Virus record (IMG/VR): IMGVR_UViG_3300028384_001121
Location: 1-53,602 of that record
Length of the DNA stretch: 53,602 nucleotides
Strand: one strand, 5' to 3'
Source: a virus
Taxonomy: Duplodnaviria > Caudoviricetes
Part shown: positions 1-9,700 of the stretch, piece by piece
How positions within the stretch are numbered: position 1 is the stretch's first letter
How the letters are laid out: every line of letters starts with the position of its first letter
Made by a program: the position numbers and the translations under genes
Notes under the pieces: model-generated
What the model was told of the DNA's origin: nothing
The model's database searches: none
The model's input: only the letters and a program-made list of their open reading frames with translations

Positions 1-294
1 TTTGTAGGCAGCAGCAGATGCAGAAACTGCAGAGCCGTTGCTGTCAGTGTGGGCTGCAAAGCCAACAGACAAGGTGGTCGAACCTCCGAGCGCATCGTGG
101 GCCAGCTGGCCTTGAAGGATACGCGCACCATTCGGCAGAGCGAACATCTCAATGACATCACCAGATGCCAGCGAAGATGCCTCATATGTGCCGTGTGCTA
201 CGCGAACCTCGCCGCCAAATTCGTTGGCCTTAACGAAGCCGGAAGGGTCGTCCTGAGTCAGCGTGGTGCGCTGAGTGCTATATACAGTAGCCAT
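1..294 (-). CDS. Partial virion protein of the type that follows the major capsid gene in HTVC010P-like marine podoviruses (runs off the window edge; not in the ORF track)
   Basis: ATG at 294 with an open frame to position 1 (MATVYSTQRTTLTQDDPSGFVKANEFGGEVRVAHGTYEASSLASGDVIEMFALPNGARILQGQLAHDALGGSTTLSVG...), preceded by a strong SD (TAAGGAGGGCTTGAGATATG). Family assignment is from recalled similarity. Confidence 0.75.
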   Translation of the reverse strand, partial: MATVYSTQRTTLTQDDPSGFVKANEFGGEVRVAHGTYEASSLASGDVIEMFALPNGARILQGQLAHDALGGSTTLSVGFAAHTDSNGSAVSASAAAYK

Positions 295-302
295 ATCTCA
301 AG

Positions 303-311
303 CCCTCCTTA
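303..311 (-). promoter_or_regulatory. Shine-Dalgarno ribosome binding site
   Basis: TAAGGAGGG overlapping the stop codon at 309-311, 8 nt upstream of the ATG at 294. Confidence 0.8.
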
Positions 312-722
312 TGCCGATTCATCACATACGATGGAAACCAGCTTCTCTTCCTCCATACGGGTCGCCCCGAATGTGGCGCAGTAGTAAACCTGCGTGGAGT
401 AAGATTTATCGGCTCGCTCATCGATACGCGACATGACGTCTTTACCGACAGCCAGCTTGATGCCGTCTTCGGCCCAAGCAAAGCATGTGCGGTTATTGCC
501 GGACTTGGCGAGACGTGTCGAAACATGGAACTGGAAGCCCATGAACGTGTTGATCTCACCTTGAACCAGAGCTTTGACCGTATTGAAATCGCTACTGGTG
601 ACAGTCGTGCTGTTCAGCAGTGATTCAATCTGGTCAGGCCCGACGGCAATGTGACGCTGGATGGATGGGTCAACAGATGCAAGGTCAAGTGTCTTCTTGG
701 CCTCAATCAGTTTCGCCAGTGT
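309..722 (-). other. C-terminal 137 aa of an HTVC010P-type podovirus major capsid protein, fused in frame to the vRNAP ORF
   Basis: TLAKLIEAKKTLDLASVDPSIQRHIAVGPDQIESLLNSTTVTSSDFNTVKALVQGEINTFMGFQF...IDERADKSYSTQVYYCATFGATRMEEEKLV matches my recollection of that capsid family, and the downstream gene agrees. Confidence 0.8.
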
Positions 723-3700
723 CTGCGTATCCAGGCTAAAGTCATCGATATCTGTCTCAAGCAAGTCGTCAATCAAGTCATCACTCGCAACATCATTCTG
801 GTCCATTGACAGGTCCAGTGTCTTGATTGTCACTCCACGTGCTTTGGCATTCTTCTGGATCAAGTCCATAGTAAGTGCCGCCGCTTCGTGTGCGTATGTA
901 CCGGTCTTTACTTGCACTCCTAAGCCTTCAAGCATCTCACCGATATACTTTACGATACGGTCGAGCCATGTCTCGCTTTGGCTCAGCTTGATTTGACTCA
1001 GCTGTTGTGCAAACTCTGGACGAGAAAGCAACTCGGCTACCATCTCTTTCGCGCTGGTAAAGCCGTAGTACTTTTTCATATTCTCTTTGTCCATAGCGAA
1101 GTCATATGCCTCGCTAGCTACCAAGTCAGCTCGCATTGCCATCAGTGGCAGCTCACCGCTCAATACCTGCTTGCGCACTTGAATACCACGCTTGAACTTA
1201 TTGAGATCGTCCAGGTTCAGGCCCATCGCGTTCAACAGCTCTGGGCTTGTAGTCAGCTGGGTATATACCTTCTCGACTTTAGCAATCGCCTCCTTTACCT
1301 CTGCAGGCACACCTTTACGCTGTGCTGCATTCATAGACATTACATCTGAGGTATAGGCGTGTACCATTTCGTGCGCCAAGACGCGCACCAAGCGTGATGT
1401 ATTGCCAGACTCTACCAGCTGCTTCTGCAACTTCAGAGTATGTGTACCACGGTTGTATCCACCGACATTATCCATGTCTGCTACAACCACCTTTACCTGG
1501 CGCTCTTTTGGCAACCCAGCCTCGAAAGCTAGCAACTGACGCAACAAACGATTCTTCAGCACCCCATCGCCGATCTGCTGAGTCACAAACTCAGATACCG
1601 ACATCTCACGAGATTGACCTTGAGCTGCGGATTCCATAGCCGCTTGCTCAGCAGGAGACATTCCTTGGGGCACATCAGCCGCAGGTGCTGCAGGCATATC
1701 CATATTCTGCGCTGCCATCTCTGCTGGACTCATCCCTTGAGGAACATCACTTGAATCAGTGACACCAGTATGTTGCGGACGGCCTGGCTCTACATCATTA
1801 GTAGCATCCATGCCATTGACACGACTTGCCTTATTGGACTTGTTGATGTCCAAGGTGAACTTATGGTCCTCTTGAATATCCAGACCCGGTGTAAACTCCG
1901 TAGCGAAGTAGCTACCACCAGCAGGGTAGGGACCGCTGAACGCAAAGAACGAATCGCGTGTACCATTTGACACCTCCTGGACTTTGTACAAGCCTTTACT
2001 AGTACGGAACCAGCCCATGTATCGCATCTCGCGAGTCACCATGCCGTCTTTCACACGCTTCTTCTTGAAGTCCAGACGCTCTTTCATAGCTTCCTTATTC
2101 AAGTACTGCATATGCTCCGACATGTGCAGCATGATTTGGTCGTGCGCTGCCTCATCAGCACGCCAGCCCTCATAAATCTCGTGACTAAATCCAAGAGCTT
2201 CCTTGATGCCCAACTCCTGCAACAACTCTGCAGGCAAGTACTTACCGTATCCTTTAGATGCAAGCTGTCGTCCCTGTAAAAGGTGGTACACAACCAAGTC
2301 CTCAGCCAGTTGACGTACCGAAGCATCCTTCGAGGTAGCTAACGCCAAGAATGCTGCATGCATTTCAATTGGGCTGACATTCACCTGACGATCACCTTGG
2401 AAAGACACGCGTGGGTATCCCTTTGCCGGGTTCACTTCAGCAATCAAGTGCTTGATAAACAAGTTATTACGCACTTCTGCTTTGGCTGTCTTAGCACTGA
2501 TAAGTCTAGCAGCCATATTATTCTCACCGGTAAAGAACTCTTGACGCAATTCAGCCGCAGAACGTCCGCCTACCTTCTCTGCCCACTGTGCATAGAGGTA
2601 GCCCTTTGCCATATTGAGGTAGTCTTGAGCAAACTCTGGAGATAAGTACATATCCCCGGTACTGCTCTTATCCTCAGAATTCATCAGCTCTACCGCCTTA
2701 CCCATCATCTGCTGATACAGCGGAGTGCGGTATACTGACTCACCCGGCAAGTCTAAAACCTCTTGAATCATGGCATTCAAGTCTCTGTAGACCTGACCGG
2801 ATACCGTCATGCTCAACAGTTCCGACTCTAAGTTATCGACGGTCTCCTTCAAGCCTTTGGCATCAGCTCCTTGCGCTGTCTGCCGCAATGCTTGTGCTGC
2901 CACCTCGCGCTCCATATCAATCTCTGAGCGAGTCTTAGGCATCTTCGTATCAAACTTCATAGCCTTGGCAAACTTGCCTAACGCTCTGCCTACTTGATCC
3001 AGATTATTAAGCGCCATATGGAGTTGGTAGGTCATAGCCGCCTTATCCACTTCCGACATCTGCTCGCCCTGTACCATTGCGAGGAGGTCTGTTTTATTCA
3101 GACGCGGTAACCTACCGTTATTCAAAGCCTCAGACACTCTTTGAGCATTCTCGAATCCTGCTTCTTTTAAAGTATTCATCGCCTCACCAAGCATAGCCTC
3201 ATACTGAGAAGACTCCCGCGCACCTGTCAACTGACGTGATGCACTCTTATCCGCTGTAGCTGCTTGTACTAACGGGGTAGCCATGAAGATACCGATGGTC
3301 TCCATGTTATATCCCATGTTCGTCAACGCTGACCAGTAGCCCCAAGTCTGGCTATTGATATTCAGCTTAGCCAACAGCTGATTGTTTTCGTTATCTACCG
3401 CGTGGTTCAACAACCGGCTAAACTGCTCTTGACGGGTAATTTTCGTCGGCGCAGTTTCGTAGTCCAACAAGAATGTATCGTCATGGATATCAGTGACACC
3501 AAAGTAACGAGCCTTGTGAGAATCTTTCATCTCGTTGTCCCTATCAACTGCGATATCGACATGCAAGAGAACAGGCCCATAAGTCGTATCTCTCAAGTAT
3601 TGCATAGCTCCAACACCGGCAGACATCTGCTCAATCTGTGAGTGCAATACATTTTGACTAGCAAATACACCAATTGCATCCTTAGCACTACGCGCCACAT

Positions 3701-6700
3701 CAGCCTTCAGATCATTGTACTCATACGCCATAGGCATACCCGTAGCTTCACGCATCAACCCAAGCTGCTGACCCAACTCTTCGCTGTAGCCGTCAGTAAC
3801 AGGGCTATGACGTTCGAGTAGTGCCGTAGCATCTTGACTACGAAGACTTGCGTGGTACACATCAATCTGACGATTACGTGCTGACTTGCGGCGTTCCTCT
3901 GCCGTACCGACCTCAGAATCTCCTCGTGCCACTTGTAAGGCTCCATCCACAAGGGATGTCTCATACAAGAAGCCAAACATCTTATCGATATCGTAGTCCT
4001 GACCGATCTGTCCAACCAACTCTTCCGGTACAATCAGAGTATCTCCATAAGACTTAGGCAAGAAGCCTACAATCTCAAAGCTCGCTGAAGACGCTTTCTT
4101 TTGACCCGGAATACGATATGCCAACACCTGGAAAATCTCCTGTGGTAGGCTGTCCATATCGATTGTACCGTCCTCATTCTTGAACTGCTCCAACTGCCCC
4201 GCATACTTCCAAGGCATGATAATCTGATTGGGCTGCTCATATTCCGCAACCTTCAACTTCTTACCATTGAACAGCTTTGACTTGCCCTTCTTTACCCAAA
4301 CGATATCGCTTGCATCCATACCCTCGAGAGTCTGGTACTGCATACCTGTTTCGGGTCGGATAGGACCACTGAAGCCGCTAATCTTCGGCTCGATCAGTTC
4401 CTTACGCAAGATGCTAATCAGCAGCTGCTCGATACGCTGTGCACTTGGGCCTTGACTCAAAGGCGTAAAGAAGGTGCCCGTCTTTTCATCGTACTGCAGG
4501 TGAGCCAACTCGTTCACATCGTAGTTCCGGTCAATGGCCTCTTCTACAATACGTGCAGCCATACGCTTTGCATACTCCGGCCCCTGCACCAAGTTGCCGT
4601 TTTCTACACGCATACCGTACTTCTTCGCAAAGATGTCCATACGAGCGCGTTGCTCTTGAGATCTTGCCTCCATGTACTCGTAGTACAAGTCTCGTCCGCT
4701 TACCGTCTCACCGTCTAATTCAAACGTGACATCCTCAGTTGCCATGTTTGCAAGAATCAGCTTGGCTACCTGTGAGCCATGCACCTTTTCAGTAGACTTC
4801 GACACTGGTACTTCTTGCTGGATACGAACGCTTTCACGCTTGTATTGAATTACCTGATCTTTCAATCCGTCTTGGATGTCTACTTTACCTTCAGCATCGT
4901 GCACATCCACCATATCGGCGAACGGATTGCCCACCTTCAACGCTGAAGTGTATGCTGCCCGCTGAATGTTATTGGCCTCCATAAACTGGCGCAACTCATC
5001 CAATGACTGATTCTTGGTCAACCCAGGCACCAATGGGAAGGATGCACTCTTGATATACAAGAGGTGCCCATCTTTACGCTCTACGGTAACCGGCTTCATG
5101 GGCTGGAACCATCCTCGCTCTTGGTTATTTAATGGAACACCCTCATTAACCTTACGCAGAATGCCCTCGAACTCTTTACGTCCAATCTTGCCTTGTGCAT
5201 ACAGAATAGACAAGTGCTCTTCTGCAGTAGTGTACTCAGCAGCATCAGCGGTATCGTAACCACGATATGCATCTAACTGCTCCTCAGTCATACCCAACTC
5301 CTTCAAGTAGCTCAGGTGTGCAGACTCGGAAATCTTACGCTCTGGCATCACCAGGCTACGGACAGTCTTGTTATTGACGTCCTTCACTTCTTCAAGTACC
5401 GGCTTGCCATTCTTCAACACAGGCTTACCGTCTTCATCATAAGTAGCCCGCATTGCCGTATACGACACTTCTGGAATAACATTACCAGGCGCAATCAGAG
5501 CAGCAAAACGCTTACCCATGTTAGTTGCCGTCTGCTCTGCGCTACCCTTAGCAAAAGCTCCAGGGTCACCCAACAGTGCAGTAGTAACGTTCGTGTTGAA
5601 GTGCATCGCTTCAATGACATACTTCGCCACAAAGCCCATGAATGCATGTTGCTTATTCATAGGATTATCGCGGAAGTCGCTAGCCTCCATACCTACATGC
5701 CGACGCACATAGTCAAACTCTTTCTTTGAGGGGTCAAAGAAGTTAAATCGAGAAATAGTATTCTCTTCGCCCAGCTCGTACAGCATGCCCTCAGCATCCT
5801 CCATAGCCTTGCGGTAGGACTTATCTAATTGAGCTTCGTAAATGTCCCGAGCTGCTTTGTGAATCTCAGCATCAGTACGGTCTTGCATACCGTTCAGTGC
5901 AGGCATCAAGACAAAGCGATCGTTACGCTGCTGCTTGGCATCTAAAGTTGAGAAGACCTCACCCTTCTTCTTTGCCTGTACCGCCCGAATACGTGCCAGC
6001 TCCAAATCGATGCTTGCGCGGATGGTAGTATCGTAGGCTTCTTGCACATTAAAGAAGTCACTCACCCGGTACTCTGCAGGAAGAAGCTGTTCACTTGCTG
6101 GTTGAACAGTCAAGCCTTTCATCTTAAGAGTCAGCGATGGCACCTGAATCAAAGGCATTGTATGCTTGTCTGCCAGTGTCGGCATCATATGCCGGCTATA
6201 CATCTGACGGCCCCCATCGATATAGGTATTGTTATTACCGAAGTATGCCAGTCGTGCGAAGAGACGATCACCCGGCTCCATCTTGTGGAAGTCACGCACA
6301 TCGCCAAACCCTGCTAGCATCTTGATTCCATCGACATAGCCAAACTTGACATACGGACGATTCTTACGACGCCGCATGCTCATAAGCAATGGGTTATTAC
6401 GCAAGGTCCAATCAGCTTCCATATCTACCGCAAAGACCGCATTACCATTTGCGTCAGTTACAAGCTGCCCTTTCTCGTCAAGAACAGGTTCCATCAAATC
6501 TTGGAACATCTTCTGTGCATGCTTAGGAGCAGTGTATTGCCACCGCAGTTTGCCGCTACCGTCCTTACTACTATTCTGGACAAGGTTATCCTGGTAGTTA
6601 GACAAGACCGCAATAAACCCAGCGATAGCAGGACGTGCGCTTTGCCTATCCTGACCGGGATCAGTAATCGCTAAAGTCTTGTCATCCGATTCCAACGCCT

Positions 6701-9700
6701 CTTGCATCCCCATACGGAATGCCCCAAACAAGCTCTTAGCAGACTTAGGATTGACCAAGTCCTTCTCAATACCACGCATGACCTCAACGCCCAAACCAGA
6801 AGTCATCCGGTTACGGCTTGTCAAGGCTTGTGGCGGGATATTCATTCCCAGCTCAACAGCAAACAATCGGCTCAACTCTTGAGCAGCCTTTGCAGGGTCG
6901 CTGTTGTCTGTTGCAATCTTCTCCATTGCCGTGATGAAAGACTTCAACTTTGCATCATTCACCAATACAGTACCGTCTGGCTGACGAGTGTAGAAGCCTT
7001 TGATGATGAACTGGCTCTCCAGCTCTTTCATCACAAACTCTGTCATATTGGTATCGTTACTACTGAACTGGAACACATTTGCTGCCCGTCCAGAGTTCGG
7101 TCCCACTGCTGCCTCACCCTTGTCAACCTTTAGGCTCAAGAACTCCGCAATGTTCTTCGCCATACCGACTACAAACTGGTTGCGCATCATATCGATACGG
7201 TCTAGCTCATTCTCCTTAAACGCGCCACTTTCCACAGACGCGTCATCCAGAATGTTCAGAACCACCTGAAAGTATGGGTAGGTGCCTACATTTTCCTCCA
7301 AGCGCTTCTTCATTGCCGGCCAGTTATACTTAGCCCCAGCCATAGCTTGATTGAGATGCCCGATTAAAGTGCGCTGGTTCACAAACTTGCGACCTAACGC
7401 ACCTACAGTAGTTGCATTACTATGCACATGCTGCACAGTCATCAATGCCAGCTTCAGTTCAAAGCGTAAGGCTGCCTGTGGATCTACACCAAATGCGAAG
7501 TTGTCATCGAATGCAGCCATAGGATTGGCATCCCGCTCGATATCTTCTGCAGTCTTGGCTTGACCTTCTACCACCTCATCGCGATCCTGCTGCAATTCGC
7601 GCACAGCATCTGCCAGTGTACCAGCTTCAAGCTTTACAATACCACGTGACTCTCGCAGCAACTCCAAGAAGCCCAAATCCATCAAACGGTCGAAGCGATT
7701 GGCTTCCAGCATCTTATCGAACGTCTCGACAAAACGCTTTGCCTGCTCATACTTAGGATGCTCGGGCTGCTGAACTACCAGTTTAGCCGCTGCATATCCC
7801 GGCAACTCTAAGATATCATTACGAACCTGACGCTTAAGGTCATCTGCCTTGATTCCTTCGATACGACCAGTAGTCTTACTGTGCCGAAGCATACGTGTTG
7901 CCAGTCGCCCCGTGATAAAGTTCAGCGCATCTTGTGTAACCTTTTGCGCTAAACCTTCAACAGAATACAACTTGCCTGCACGCTGCATGGGGCTGTCCTC
8001 GTCGTAGTTCTCAGGCAACAAGTCCAAGTCTGCAAACTGCTCAAACTGCAAGAGCTGCTCTGGCGTAAGCTCTACTGGCTTGGCTTCTGTATCAGTGCGA
8101 TCCGTTGGCACTTCTACATCGCCCAACTCAATAGTCAGCCGCTCTACTGGATTACCGTAAGTCTTACCATCAATAACCAAAGGCACACGTTCGTCAAACG
8201 ACATGTGGTTCAAGTAGTACTGCTTAACGCTTACCGGACGATCGATTTGCACAATCCCCGTTTCACCATCAACCTTAAAGCCTTCAAAGACTTGGCTTAC
8301 ATTGTCACGGTGCTCAAACGAAGTATTGCGGCGCATAGCAGCAATACGCTTAACTGCCTGAGCCTGGAAGCTCTGATTTGACAGCTTGTGTGAGCGCAAG
8401 AAACTACGCATCTCCTTGCCAGTACTCTTTGACTCAAACGTTGCGACATCATCATAGATACGCAAGCCTGGATCAACAGCACTAGGGTAATAAATGAGAG
8501 CCGGGCGCTTACCAAAGGTTTTGTGCTCGGTAGACCCCACCTCACTATGTGTGCCGTTCTCGAGCATCAGGTACTGCTTAAGAACACTGTGAAAGCTATC
8601 GACCAGACGCTTGTTATCGATGACGCCTGCTGCATTGCGGATATCCCATCCAAATGCCTCCTCCATGTTCTTTACAGTCGCATTAGCTGCATCCAGTGTC
8701 AGACCCATAGATTGGTCCACCTTACCGGTGACAACTAAGGCAACAGCTCTTTCAGCGGTCAGCAAGCCAAACGCCAACTCGTCGCCAACCGCACGCATAT
8801 TAGCTGGGACGTAGAACAGGTCTCCACTCGCATTATCCTTGACAATCGCATATGGCTTACTCAGGATGTTCCGGCCGCTATTGGTCAGAGGTTCTGACGG
8901 CATTGTCATATCCGGACGGGTAAAGAACTGGAACTCCTCTTGCTGACCACGAGTGCTCCAAGCACCAATGTCTACGAGATTCTCTTCTGTCAATACACCC
9001 TTAGCATCACGAGGCTGTTCAATCCGCGTTCCTCCATACTGTGCCCGCGTAACAAACTTCACGCGAGCTGTACGTGGCTCAGCAAGAGACAAGAACAAGT
9101 CGTTTGTATCTGAAGTACGTGGCTCAGTGCGGAAGATGTTACCACGCACACTGTAGTGAATTACATCTGTCAAGACCCCATCCACTTCCTCTCGCCCCCG
9201 ACTCAGTGTCACCTCTTCTCCTACACGTACACCATTTTGTGTGATATCCTGGGATGCTTCTGGGTAGCGTGGGTTGAGCTGGCCCGTCATACGCGGGTCA
9301 TCTACCACCACCTTTAAGGTGTACTCCTTTTTCTCTAACGCAGGATTTTCTGGCTCACTGTTGTCTACAGGCTGGGCACTCTGCTGCTCCTCGTCTGCCA
9401 CCTGTGCTGGTGACTTGCCTTGAGGTTCAGTAGGCACTACAGCTACAGGCTTCTTTTGAGACGGATCTACATCCTCTGCAACCTCCTGCTGCGGCTCAAC
9501 CTCAGTCTGAGTATTTGCAGCTTCAGCCGGCGACACTCCCTCTGGTACCTCCGTAGTCTCAGGGGCTGGCTGACTCAAGTCTTCAAACATAGCAGCACTT
9601 GGTGGCTGAGAACCCGGAGGTCCATCCACATTATCAGGTGCTTGCTCGGCTTGCTGCTGGGCTTCTGCAGGCGACATACCCTGTGGCGTGTCTGGCGTTT

